Assembly (NCBI GenBank): GCA_016288795.1
Contig: JAEELI010000002.1
Coordinates: forward strand, 25,153 to 89,152
Direction of reading: 5' to 3'
DNA: 64,000 nucleotides
DNA from: Bacillales bacterium
GTDB taxonomy: Bacteria > Bacillota_I > Bacilli_A > RF39 > UBA660
Notes under the pieces: generated by a model
What the model was told of the DNA's origin: nothing
Databases searched by the model: none
Seen by the model: only the letters and a program-made list of their open reading frames with translations
Position numbers and translations under genes: made by a program
Shown: in pieces, positions 1-9,994 of the stretch
How positions within the stretch are numbered: the stretch's first letter is position 1
Layout: each line of letters begins with the position of its first letter

Positions 1-76
1 GATATCATCATATAATAAATATTTTTCTTTATTATCTAATTCTATTTCATAAATAGAACTCTTTTTCTTCTTATAA

Positions 77-1042
77 CTATTTATTTTCATATTCACGACA
101 AGCATCGCTTAATTCTTTAATAAACTTATCTACTTCTTCCATGGTGTTAACCCTAGCCCCAGCAGCATACTTGTGTCCTCCTCCGTTGTATTTACTAGCT
201 ATTGTGTTAACAATGGGGCCACGACTACGAATACTTATTTTATATTGATTATTTTTTATATCTTCAGTAATAAACGTCCATACAAGTAATTCCTCAATAA
301 AATTATAACCATTTATTAAATTTGATGGTGTTGCTAAATCAACATTAAATGCTTTTAAATCTTCATCACTTATTTTTATATATCCTAATTTATTTTCATC
401 AATTACTAAATTATTTGTAATAAAAGCGATAAACTTATGTTCACTAAAAGGTCTTGTATATAAAACATCATATAAAGAAGTAAAATCTATTTGACTATAC
501 TCTAATAAATATTTAAGAGTCGCGATTGTTTCAACTGTAGTGTTTTTCAAAGAAAATCTTTCACTATCTGAAACCATTCCTAAGAAAAGATTTTCTGCGA
601 CTTTTTTATTCATTTTTAATTTAGTATTTAATATTAATTCAGTAACCATTTGACTAGCACTGGATTTCTTTTCATCAATCCAAGAGAAAGAAGCTTTTAT
701 ATCTTCTTTAGGATGATGATCTATTATCATAATATCTTTATATTTTAATCCTTCAATACCATCTACTCGTGCTAAATTAGGAACATCTACTACAATTAAT
801 AAAGCATTGTTCAATTCTTCATAATTAACCTTATCCATTATTCCATAAGATTTAAATTTAGCTACTCCTACACCAACAGCAAAGACTTTTTTACTAGGGA
901 AAGTTAGTCTAATTGAATCTCTTAATGCTATTTGAGCACCAATTGCATCAGGATCAGGCCCTATATGACGCGCTACTACTATATTAGATGCTTTTTTTAT
1001 TTCACGATATAGTTTATTTAAAATGCGTTTATTTATTATAAT
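77..1042 (-). CDS. nrnA: DHH/DHHA1 bifunctional oligoribonuclease/PAP phosphatase (NrnA family)
   Basis: IIDHH, SIRSR and GGGH motifs. The frame stays open upstream of the ATG at 838 and encodes the N-terminal HIGPDPDAIG motif. Probable ATT/ATA start at 1042/1039 after GGAGTGA. Confidence 0.85.
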   Translation of the reverse strand: MIINKRILNKLYREIKKASNIVVARHIGPDPDAIGAQIALRDSIRLTFPSKKVFAVGVGVAKFKSYGIMDKVNYEELNNALLIVVDVPNLARVDGIEGLKYKDIMIIDHHPKEDIKASFSWIDEKKSSASQMVTELILNTKLKMNKKVAENLFLGMVSDSERFSLKNTTVETIATLKYLLEYSQIDFTSLYDVLYTRPFSEHKFIAFITNNLVIDENKLGYIKISDEDLKAFNVDLATPSNLINGYNFIEELLVWTFITEDIKNNQYKISIRSRGPIVNTIASKYNGGGHKYAAGARVNTMEEVDKFIKELSDACREYENK

Positions 1043-1049
1043 ATCACTC

Positions 1050-2240
1050 CTAACTAATAAACTTCATTGTATCAAGAGCAATCATTACTTCTTCATTAGT
1101 TGGAACAACCATAACTGGAATTTTAGATTCAGGACTACTTATAACACCTTCAGTAGTTTCTTTATAACTAGCTATGCTTGCATTCAAATCTTCATCTTCT
1201 ACTATTCCTATTGGTTTTAGTCTTTTCATTACTTCACTACGAGCTAAGATACCATTTTCACCAACACCAGCAGTCCAAACAATTGCATCTACTTTGCCTT
1301 CTAATTCAATATAATAATCTACTATATATTTAGCAATGCGATCACAATACATTTTGAATCCCATTTTTGCTCTTTCATTACCTTTATTCATTTCTATTTC
1401 AACATCGCGGTTATCTGAAACACCACATATTCCTAAACAACCACTCTTTTTATTTAATTCATTAGTTACTTCGCTAATATTCATACCAGATTCTTTACAT
1501 ACATACTCTAAGATAGATGGATCGATTGAACCAGAACGTGTTCCCATCATTAAACCATCCAACGGAGTAATACCCATTGTTGTATCATAACATACACCAT
1601 CTTTAATAGCAGCAATAGATGAACCACTTCCAATATGGCAACTAATAATATTAATTTTATTTTTCTTTAATATTTTTTTCATCTTCTCAGTTATATATTT
1701 ATGGCTAGTTCCATGGAATCCATATTTTCTAACTCCATATTTTTCATACCATTCATAAGGAACTGGATAAATATAGTTATAATCTGGCATAGTTTGATGA
1801 AATGCAGTATCAAATACCGCTACATTTGGAACATCTAATTTTTCCATCATTGCTTCAATACCAGCTAAATTACCTGGATGATGTAGTGGACCTAACTTAG
1901 TCAAATCTTTAATATCCTTTATAACTTCATCATTTATTAATACAGAATCAGAATATTTTTCTCCCCCGTGTAAAACACGATGTCCTACACCTTTTATTTC
2001 TTTCAATGATTTAACTATTTTATTTTCTAATAGTTCTTCAAATACTACAGAAACAGCGTCAGCATGATTCTTTAAATATCTTTCTTTTTTGATTTTTTCT
2101 CCATTAACTTTAATGGTCCAAAAAGAATCTTCTAAACCTATTTTTTCTACATAACCACTTATTAATACTTTTTCTTCTGGCATTTCTAATAATTGAAATT
2201 TCAAAGAAGAACTACCAGCATTTACAGATAAAATTTTCAT
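1050..2240 (-). CDS. ackA: Acetate kinase
   Basis: NAGSSSLKF, GHRVLHGG, AVFDTAFH, RKYGFHGTSH, TNEE. Confidence 0.97.
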   Translation of the reverse strand: MKILSVNAGSSSLKFQLLEMPEEKVLISGYVEKIGLEDSFWTIKVNGEKIKKERYLKNHADAVSVVFEELLENKIVKSLKEIKGVGHRVLHGGEKYSDSVLINDEVIKDIKDLTKLGPLHHPGNLAGIEAMMEKLDVPNVAVFDTAFHQTMPDYNYIYPVPYEWYEKYGVRKYGFHGTSHKYITEKMKKILKKNKINIISCHIGSGSSIAAIKDGVCYDTTMGITPLDGLMMGTRSGSIDPSILEYVCKESGMNISEVTNELNKKSGCLGICGVSDNRDVEIEMNKGNERAKMGFKMYCDRIAKYIVDYYIELEGKVDAIVWTAGVGENGILARSEVMKRLKPIGIVEDEDLNASIASYKETTEGVISSPESKIPVMVVPTNEEVMIALDTMKFIS

Positions 2241-2354
2241 AATTAACACCTCTAGTTACAATTATAAAGGACTAATTATAATTTATCAAGTTCTAGTATT
2301 TTTAATATTTATTTTAAATAGTTTTTGAACCTAAGCTCACTTATAATAATAAAA

Positions 2355-2858
2355 TTATTTCACTCTCGATATCACAAACTTAGGCTGTTCACCAACAATA
2401 ACTGAATCTGTAACGTCAATTACCTCACATTCATCTTTAGAGTATTCTTTTATAAAATCTTCTTCACTATCAAAGATTAACTCTTTTCCATACCATGGTT
2501 TAGAAAACTCTGGAGTTAATTCCAAATATATTGTTTTACCCTCCAAATAAAAAGTTAGGACTGTATGATATTTATCACGATGAACATCATGTTGAAGCCA
2601 TATTTTACTTGGAATATTATGATCTGCTAATAGTTTTCTCATCAAAACTACAGTATCATGGCATATTGCTATTTTATGTTTCATTGTTACTTCAGGTTCT
2701 TGAACACGATATATAGTAAATAATTGATCAAAAAATACTGTATCAAATATTCCACTTTGATCTGGCAAATACTTTCTACCATCACAATAGAATCCATACT
2801 TATAACCATTATTTAATAATTCTTTTTTTAAAAAATCACATGCTTCTTTAATATTCAT
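2355..2858 (-). CDS. Hypothetical protein, transglutaminase/cysteine-protease-like fold
   Basis: AICHD...HTVLTF...YLE gives a Cys-His-Glu spacing typical of transglutaminase-like domains. Confidence 0.5.
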   Translation of the reverse strand: MNIKEACDFLKKELLNNGYKYGFYCDGRKYLPDQSGIFDTVFFDQLFTIYRVQEPEVTMKHKIAICHDTVVLMRKLLADHNIPSKIWLQHDVHRDKYHTVLTFYLEGKTIYLELTPEFSKPWYGKELIFDSEEDFIKEYSKDECEVIDVTDSVIVGEQPKFVISRVK

Positions 2859-3553
2859 TTCTTTTTCTCCTTTATCTTAAGCTTTCTTAAATACTCTTTT
2901 TGCTCTTCAGTTATACGATAACTTTCAATCGCTTTTTGAATTGTTTTATTGTGTGTCCATACATCTAATACTTTGTTTTCTAAATATGATATTGTATCAT
3001 TATATTGTTTAGCTAAAGCTGTAGCAAAAAACCAAGCAACCATCATATTTACATAGTATTCATTAGATTTTACTTGAGAAACCATTTTTAAATAATTTGG
3101 ATTATAATTATCATCTAAGTAATGTTGCATAAGCATTCCAATACCAAAACGAATAGTATAAGTATCTCTAGACTTTATCCATACTTTGATATGCTCGAGC
3201 AACTCCCCTGGGTGTTTTTTAAACACCTTAGGAGTCATTTGGTCACAAGTTGCCCAGTTATCTACATATGGCAAAAACTTATTAATATAAGATATACACT
3301 CATCATAATCTTTTATTTCAGAAATAATAAATGCATGTAATTGGTTCTCATCAAAATACTTATGTGGCAAATTATTCAAAAATGAGGAATAATCTTCTGT
3401 TTTAACCATTTCTTTAGCTAGTTTTCTAAGCACTGGGGTTCTAACTCCAATTATAGTCTCTGTATCAACATTGGGGATGATTTTATATTGCATAGCTTGA
3501 TAAGTCTTGTCTTGGAGTTTATACAATTTATCCACTATATTATCCATAATCAT
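2855..3553 (-). CDS. DNA alkylation repair protein (AlkD-like HEAT-repeat glycosylase)
   Basis: IGVRTP, VDNWATCD, YYVNMMVAW, HNKTIQKAIES. Confidence 0.88.
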   Translation of the reverse strand: MIMDNIVDKLYKLQDKTYQAMQYKIIPNVDTETIIGVRTPVLRKLAKEMVKTEDYSSFLNNLPHKYFDENQLHAFIISEIKDYDECISYINKFLPYVDNWATCDQMTPKVFKKHPGELLEHIKVWIKSRDTYTIRFGIGMLMQHYLDDNYNPNYLKMVSQVKSNEYYVNMMVAWFFATALAKQYNDTISYLENKVLDVWTHNKTIQKAIESYRITEEQKEYLRKLKIKEKKK

Positions 3554-4731
3554 TTCCTTTCCAAAACACACAGTGTTTCCACATGTTCTGTCATAGGAAA
3601 CATATCAAACAAAGTAATATCTTTTACTGAATAGTCATTTTCTAGTATTTTTATATCTCTAGCCAAGGATATTGGAAAACAGGAAATATAAATAATCTTT
3701 TCTATTTTTTCAGATATTATTTTGTTAAGTATATCTTTATTAACTCCACTTCTCGGTGGATCGAGTAAAATAGTTTTATAAGAATTATTTATCTTATCTA
3801 TAATATCCTTAGCATCAGCACATATAAATTCTATATTATCTTTTTTATTCAACAACTTATTTGAGTTGGCATCATTAATAGCATTTTCATTTATCTCTAC
3901 TCCTAAGGTCAATTGATTATTCAAAACACTAAATGTTCCAACTCCACAGTAAAAATCTAACATACTTCCTTTATCTTCTTCTGCTATTCTTTTAAATATT
4001 TTTGAACATATGTCTTCATTAATTTGAAAAAAAGCATTATAACTTACTTTAAATAAATAATCATCTATTTTATCAATAAAATAATTATTCCCATATATAG
4101 TTTCCTCGTTTATTACTACTCCAACTACTTTATGATTCATGGTTATTCTATCAATATTATCAATCTTATCTTGAGAATTAATAATAATTAATAATTCATT
4201 TTTATAATTACTTCTAATAACTATTTCTCCATTAATAATATTTAACAAAGATAAATCTTTCAGAAGAGAGTTAATACTCTCTTTGCATAGTAAACACTTT
4301 CCAATTTCTACTAATTCATGGGTCTTTGTTTCATAATAACCAATTTTTTTATCTATTACTTTTAACGAAACTTTATTGCGATAATTATATTTATTTGAAC
4401 TTTTAACTATTTTATCAACTGAATAATTAATTTTATTCATTTTAAATATATCATTAACCTTATTTAATTTATATTCAAGACTATCACTATAACTAATATG
4501 TCCTAAATCACAACCACCACATCTATCGTAATATGGACATTTATATTCACATCTTTTTTTAGAAGGAGTTTTAATATAATCTATATTACCTTCAATATAG
4601 TTCTTTTTTTCTTTAACATCTTTTAACTTGACTATATCACCAGGCACTGTCTTTGGAACAAAGACTATTTTATTATTTAAATAACCTATTCCCCGTCCCA
4701 TATTATCAAATTTAACTATTTCTACTTCCAT
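3550..4731 (-). CDS. rlmD: 23S rRNA (uracil-C5)-methyltransferase RlmD family
   Basis: TRAM domain, CPYYDRCGGC Fe-S motif, FFQIN, LDFYCGVG, LDPPRSG, YISC, DMFP. Confidence 0.9.
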   Translation of the reverse strand: MEVEIVKFDNMGRGIGYLNNKIVFVPKTVPGDIVKLKDVKEKKNYIEGNIDYIKTPSKKRCEYKCPYYDRCGGCDLGHISYSDSLEYKLNKVNDIFKMNKINYSVDKIVKSSNKYNYRNKVSLKVIDKKIGYYETKTHELVEIGKCLLCKESINSLLKDLSLLNIINGEIVIRSNYKNELLIIINSQDKIDNIDRITMNHKVVGVVINEETIYGNNYFIDKIDDYLFKVSYNAFFQINEDICSKIFKRIAEEDKGSMLDFYCGVGTFSVLNNQLTLGVEINENAINDANSNKLLNKKDNIEFICADAKDIIDKINNSYKTILLDPPRSGVNKDILNKIISEKIEKIIYISCFPISLARDIKILENDYSVKDITLFDMFPMTEHVETLCVLERK

Positions 4732-4784
4732 ATATATCAACCAAGTAAATTATATCAATAATTTACTATTTTTAAAATAAATAT

Positions 4785-4814
4785 GAATTATTAAATAGTT
4801 ATTTAATCATAATA
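4785..4814 (+). promoter_or_regulatory. Putative sigma-G-type promoter of ger operon
   Basis: GAATT-18 nt-CATAATA compared with the B. subtilis sigG consensus GHATR-17/18-CATWHTA. Confidence 0.45.
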
Positions 4815-4828
4815 TAATTAGTGATTTT

Positions 4829-6241
4829 ATGAATAAATATTTAAAGAGATTATTAATAGATTATAAAAATATTCCGGATTTAAAATATAAAGATATTAAA
4901 ACAAATATATTTAAAAGAATTTATATTATCTATTTAGAATCTATTTGTGATAGTTCTAAAATAAATGATTTTATATTAAAAAATTTAACTAATCCCTTGG
5001 CAAAGCCTGATCTAAATAGTTCCATACCTGGTCCTAATACAATTAAAATAAATAATTATAATGATATAAAGAAATATTTGCATAATGGCTTTGCCATAGT
5101 TCTATATTTAAATACTATATTAGCTATAGAAGTAAAAGCACCATTATCCAGAAGCATCCCTACTTCAAGCCGAGAACCTACTTTATATGGACCTGAGGAT
5201 GCTTTCTGTGAAAACTATCAAACTAATTTAGGATTAATTAAAAGAAGAATAAAGAGTTCTAGTTTAGAGACTAAAGAATTAACTATAGGAAAAAGAAGTT
5301 CTACTCTTGTTGGAGTTTGTTATATTAATGATATAATTAAAAAGAAAAACTTAAACACAGTTATTGATAAACTAAATAAAATAGACACAGATAGCATCTT
5401 AGATGTAGGAATAATTGTTAATTATTTAGAAGAAGAATCTAAAAGTGTTTTTCCAACAATTAGAAGAACAGAAAGACCCGATGTAGTGGCATCAAGTTTA
5501 TTAGAAGGTAAAATTGTTATCTTAGTAGATACTTCTCCATTTGCAATTATTTTACCTACTTTCCTAGGGGATTTTATAAATCCCATTAGTGATAACTATG
5601 TTAAAAGCCCCAATGTAGCTTTTTTAAAGCTACTAAGACTATTTTGTTTTATTCTAGCTATCATTATGCCGTCTTTATTTGTAGCAGTTACAAATTATAA
5701 TCAAGAAACTATACCGGCTAATTTATTGATTAATTTTAGTATTCAACAATCTAGTGTTCCCTTTCCTGCCACTATTGAACTGTTAATATTAATAATAATC
5801 TGCGATATTTTAAGAGAAAGTGATTTAAGGTTCCCATCAAATTTTGGTTCAACCATATCCATTTTGGGAGCATTAATTATTGGTGAAGCTGCAGTTAATG
5901 CTGGCATTGTTTCTCCAATTATGATTATTATAACTTCTTTAACATATATCTGTAGTCTCATATTTAATGATTTAGAAATAAACAATGCTATTAGATACTA
6001 TAGATATTTATTTTTATTCCTAGGGGCCTTTTTAGGCCTATACGGCATTTTTATTGCCTCAACCTTCTTACTAATTAACTTAGTATCTTTAAAATCTATA
6101 GGTTCTCCCTATCTTTTTCCCCTAGCGCCTTTTGACAAGAATTATTTCTTTAAAACTATTTTAAAGAAAAAAGAAGTTAATAATACTCAAAGAAGCGCTC
6201 TTTTAAGTGAAAATGATTTAACGAAGGGAGAAAATAAATGA
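4829..6241 (+). CDS. Spore germination receptor subunit A (GerA/GerKA family)
   Basis: EPTLYGPEDAF, TERPD, LEGKIVILVDTSP, LRESDLRFP, GALIIGEAAVNAGIVSP, PYLFPLAP. Confidence 0.93.
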   Translation: MNKYLKRLLIDYKNIPDLKYKDIKTNIFKRIYIIYLESICDSSKINDFILKNLTNPLAKPDLNSSIPGPNTIKINNYNDIKKYLHNGFAIVLYLNTILAIEVKAPLSRSIPTSSREPTLYGPEDAFCENYQTNLGLIKRRIKSSSLETKELTIGKRSSTLVGVCYINDIIKKKNLNTVIDKLNKIDTDSILDVGIIVNYLEEESKSVFPTIRRTERPDVVASSLLEGKIVILVDTSPFAIILPTFLGDFINPISDNYVKSPNVAFLKLLRLFCFILAIIMPSLFVAVTNYNQETIPANLLINFSIQQSSVPFPATIELLILIIICDILRESDLRFPSNFGSTISILGALIIGEAAVNAGIVSPIMIIITSLTYICSLIFNDLEINNAIRYYRYLFLFLGAFLGLYGIFIASTFLLINLVSLKSIGSPYLFPLAPFDKNYFFKTILKKKEVNNTQRSALLSENDLTKGENK

Positions 6242-7311
6242 AAAAGATTATTTTTTTAATAACTATTATTTTTCTTTTAGGAGGTTGTTACGACAATATA
6301 GAACTAAATGATTTATCGATAATTAGTGCGATGGGAATTGATTATATAAATAATAATTTCTATGTTACTTATGAAATATATAATGATAATAAATCAGAAA
6401 ATACTCAAGAATTATTAAGCTATACTATATCGGGAATGGGTAATAGTATTAGTTCAGCAATTACTGATGCTAATTATAAAACTGGAAAAAAAGCATACTT
6501 TGCTCATTTAAAAATAATAATTCTTAGTTCTAGTATTATAGAAAAACACTTTAATGATATTACAGATTTTTTGTTTCGGAGCACTGATATTAGAGATGAA
6601 TTTCAACTAGTTGTATCAGATAACTATTCTCCCAAAGAAATACTTGAAAGAAATAGCGAAAGGCACCCAGTAGTTGGAGATTTAATAAATACTTTGTTAA
6701 ATCTTGAAAAATATAACAATGGAATTGCCACGAATGAAACTTTTAAAAGTATTATGTCAAAATTAATCGGAGCTAAACAAGATATTATTTTAAATTCCAT
6801 CACTGTAAATGATGACCGACTAAGTTTAGGAAAATATTATATATTTAATAAATATAAATGGGTAAATAATATTAGTAAAACTAAAACCAGTATATACAAT
6901 ATGCTAAGTCAAAATATATCTAATACTTTGTTAAGTAAGAAATACAAAGGCAAAAATTTTGCCATTGGGACTAAAAGTGTCAACTTTAAGTTAGATATTG
7001 ATAAAGATAAAATAATAATTAAGGGTTCACTAGAAGGAATTATTAAAGAAAATAATCCTGGTTTAGATTTAAATAAAATCAAAACATATAAGAAAATAAA
7101 TAAAGACTTTAGTAAACTAATTGAGGATGAAATTATTGCTTTAATTAAACATTTACAAAATAGTCATAGTGATATTTTAGGATTTGAAGATATATATTAT
7201 AAAAAATATAATCAAGATAATTATAATCTCTGGATAACTAATGAAGTTGAAGTAAATGTTGATTTAAGAATTAATAAACAAGGATATATATTTGAGGTGA
7301 ATAATGAATAA
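6238..7311 (+). CDS. Spore germination receptor lipoprotein subunit C (Ger(x)C)
   Basis: Lipobox LGGC, then YDNIELNDLSIISAMGID; HLKIIIL; SDILGF; overlaps gerA stop. Confidence 0.9.
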   Translation: MKKIIFLITIIFLLGGCYDNIELNDLSIISAMGIDYINNNFYVTYEIYNDNKSENTQELLSYTISGMGNSISSAITDANYKTGKKAYFAHLKIIILSSSIIEKHFNDITDFLFRSTDIRDEFQLVVSDNYSPKEILERNSERHPVVGDLINTLLNLEKYNNGIATNETFKSIMSKLIGAKQDIILNSITVNDDRLSLGKYYIFNKYKWVNNISKTKTSIYNMLSQNISNTLLSKKYKGKNFAIGTKSVNFKLDIDKDKIIIKGSLEGIIKENNPGLDLNKIKTYKKINKDFSKLIEDEIIALIKHLQNSHSDILGFEDIYYKKYNQDNYNLWITNEVEVNVDLRINKQGYIFEVNNE

Positions 7312-8314
7312 GAAACTAGTTTATTTTATTAGTTCTGGTAGTATGTTTGGCATAGGTTTTTATATAATGTTACAAACTAATGGTAAAAATAGTTATATTA
7401 GTTTAGCTCTTGGAACTATTCTTGGAATAGCCATATTGTATATTTATAGTTTATTTAATAAATGTTTAAATAATAAAAAGTTAAAAGATGTTCTACCCAA
7501 TTCATTTTTAGGAGTATTATTTAAAATAATTCTAATAATGTTTTATATTACAATAATAACTATAGTTTTATTAGTCCTAGCTACTTTTGTTAATTCATTT
7601 TATTTAGTGAGAACTCCAATATATATAGTTTTATTATTTTTTGGACTATTAAGTGTTTATTTAGTTAGTAAAGAAGAATATGTATTCTTTAGCATTAGTT
7701 CTATTTTATATTATTTAAATATCTTAGTGGTAGTTTTATTTGCCTTAGGACTTACTCCTTATATGAAAGTTAGTGAACTAATGCCGTGGTTTAATTTTAA
7801 TAGTTTAAGTATCATAAAGGGATCTATAATATATGCTTTAATTACTACCGTTCCTACTATATTAGTAATAGACTATAATTATAAGTTCAAAGACGTTTTA
7901 AAAGAATACCTAGGGGCTTCCTTAATAAACTTTATAATAATTATAAGTATAATATTATCTTTAGGAAGCCCACTTATAAAAGTATATAAATTCCCTGAAT
8001 ATGATGCTTTAAAACAAATAAAAATATTAGATTTTATAGAAAATATAGAAAACATAAGTGCAATTAACTGGTATTTATCATTATTTATGATATTAAGTGT
8101 TGCTATACATGATATAAAAAGAATTACACCAAAAAAACATAATAAAATATACTTGTTTTTATTGTTACTGGTGCCTTTTTTATTAACTATTAATATATTT
8201 TATAAAAACTATATTAAAACTATCTATTTAGTTAATTATTACCCTCTTACATTGTTTATATTCTTTATATTATTTATTTTATTATTTATTTATATAAAAA
8301 TAAAAAAAGAATAA
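7304..8314 (+). CDS. Spore germination receptor subunit B (GerB/KB membrane protein)
   Basis: Multi-TM protein with RTP and FP...LDFIENIE motifs; third gene of the ger operon. Confidence 0.85.
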   Translation: MNKKLVYFISSGSMFGIGFYIMLQTNGKNSYISLALGTILGIAILYIYSLFNKCLNNKKLKDVLPNSFLGVLFKIILIMFYITIITIVLLVLATFVNSFYLVRTPIYIVLLFFGLLSVYLVSKEEYVFFSISSILYYLNILVVVLFALGLTPYMKVSELMPWFNFNSLSIIKGSIIYALITTVPTILVIDYNYKFKDVLKEYLGASLINFIIIISIILSLGSPLIKVYKFPEYDALKQIKILDFIENIENISAINWYLSLFMILSVAIHDIKRITPKKHNKIYLFLLLLVPFLLTINIFYKNYIKTIYLVNYYPLTLFIFFILFILLFIYIKIKKE

Positions 8315-8325
8315 TTACTTATTCC

Positions 8326-8682
8326 TTAAATCCATTTACTAATATATATTTTTCTAGTTGTATTTTCTTGATAATTGGCAAATATTTTAATTATATTATC
8401 AACAAAACTTCTTAATATATTATTATCTTTTTTTACTCTTATAGTTAGAATCTCTTCTTGAAGAGTACTTCTAAAAAGATAATCTTTTAAGTAACTGCCC
8501 AAAACTTTATCTAGTTTTTCAACTTTACTAATATCATCTTTATTATTAGTGTTGATAGAAAAAATATACTTTTTATAGATACTAACTATTTTTTCAGATA
8601 GAACATCATCATCTTGAAAATCAAAATTGACAATATTGTAATAGTTAGGGCAATATTTTAAAATTTCTTTTGCATTACTCAT
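8326..8682 (-). CDS. Hypothetical protein
   Basis: 118-aa ORF with RBS-like GAGTGA. Confidence 0.7.
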   Translation of the reverse strand: MSNAKEILKYCPNYYNIVNFDFQDDDVLSEKIVSIYKKYIFSINTNNKDDISKVEKLDKVLGSYLKDYLFRSTLQEEILTIRVKKDNNILRSFVDNIIKIFANYQENTTRKIYISKWI

Positions 8683-8744
8683 CTATCATCACTCTCTATT
8701 TAAATAAATAATACTACAATAAGAGTTAGAAATCAAGATAAAAG

Positions 8745-9113
8745 CGAACAAAAAAAGGCAAAAAATAATAATCATAAAGCAAAAAAAATAATCACTCTGA
8801 TAAAATGACTATTCCTAGTTTTAATAACTCCTCACATCATTTAAAATCACTCTCCATGATTTTAAATATTACAAATATTATCAGTATTCGTTGTGATTCG
8901 CTTATCTTTTTGAGTTTTCTTTCTCAATAAACAATTGTCTTGCTTAGCGCAGATAAGATTATTATATATAAAATATAACAATTTATTTAACTACATATAA
9001 TTTTTAGCAAATATCACGTTATTAAATAATAAATTAAATATAATAAATAAATTTAAAATATTAATAAAATAATAACTACTAGACACTTGATCCAAATTAT
9101 AATATTTTACTAA
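8745..9113 (-). ncRNA. Candidate structured non-coding RNA (unknown family)
   Basis: ORF-free region with a sigA promoter upstream, nested complementary segments and U-tracts at the 3' end. Confidence 0.4.
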
Positions 9114-9114
9114 G

Positions 9115-9150
9115 CAATTATAATATAACATGTTATATTATAATTGTCAA
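9115..9150 (-). promoter_or_regulatory. sigA promoter overlapped by perfect 32-bp palindrome
   Basis: TTGACA-17-TATATT on the minus strand; CAATTATAATATAACA|TGTTATATTATAATTG at 9115-9146. Confidence 0.65.
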
Positions 9151-9207
9151 CAAAAAAAATACAATTTTTTCCGTTTTTTTACAAAATAAAAAAGTAGAAC
9201 TTTTTTA

Positions 9208-9768
9208 TTAAGCTCTACCAGCATATTTTCCGTCTTTTGTTGAGACCAAAACAGTCTCTCCTTCATTGATAAATAAAGGAACTTTAATAACTTTGCCTGT
9301 TTCTATAGTTGCATCTTTTTGCGCATTTGTTGCAGTATTACCCTTTACAGCTTCAGATGTTTCAATTATTTTATATTCAATTTTTTCTGGAAGAGTTATA
9401 CCAATTATTTCTCCTTCATAAAAATCTATTGAAATATCTATGCCTTCTTTTACATAATTAGCATCTTCACCCAAAATACTACGAGGAACTTCTATTTGTT
9501 CATATGTCTCATTATTCATAAAAACAAAATTATCCCCACTAGCATATAAGTATTGAACACTATTTTTATCTATGTGAGCTTTTGTAATTTTAATATTAGT
9601 ATTAAATGTTTGTTCAACTGTTGATCCTGTTTTTAAATTTTTAAGTTTTATTCTAACAAAAGCAGGGCCCTTTCCTGGTTTAACATGTTGAAATTCTTGA
9701 ATTAAACATAGATTGCCATCTATTAAGACAGTCATACCATTTTTTATATCATTAATATTTATATTCAT
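9208..9768 (-). CDS. efp: Elongation factor P
   Basis: HVKPGKGPAFVR, KGNTA, VPLFINEG. Confidence 0.97.
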   Translation of the reverse strand: MNININDIKNGMTVLIDGNLCLIQEFQHVKPGKGPAFVRIKLKNLKTGSTVEQTFNTNIKITKAHIDKNSVQYLYASGDNFVFMNNETYEQIEVPRSILGEDANYVKEGIDISIDFYEGEIIGITLPEKIEYKIIETSEAVKGNTATNAQKDATIETGKVIKVPLFINEGETVLVSTKDGKYAGRA

Positions 9769-9786
9769 GATTACCCTCCTTATTTA

Positions 9787-9951
9787 TTATTTTTTTTCTT
9801 TTACAAGAACACTTTTACGACATTTAGGACAATATTTTTTTAATTCTAAACGTTCAGGATTATTCTTTTTATTTTTGCTAGTTGGACGTAATTCAGTTCC
9901 ACATTCTGTACATCTCATATTAACAAAGTTACGATTTTCATTTTTAGCCAT
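9787..9951 (-). CDS. rpmG: 50S ribosomal protein L33 (Zn-binding type); absent from ORF track
   Basis: Manual translation MAKNENRNFVNMRCTECGTELRPTSKNKKNNPERLELKKYCPKCRKSVLVKEKK; RBS GGAGGGTGA. Confidence 0.95.
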   Translation of the reverse strand: MAKNENRNFVNMRCTECGTELRPTSKNKKNNPERLELKKYCPKCRKSVLVKEKK

Positions 9952-9994
9952 TAAAAATCACCCTCCAATTCCTTCCTATTATATCAAACTTTTG

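Noticed and set aside
8901-8957. CTTATC...GATAAG stem resembling SAM-I riboswitch P1
   Set aside because: The interior lacks the SAM-I core (AGAG, GGCCC, GCAACC, GUGC) and no Met/Cys gene follows
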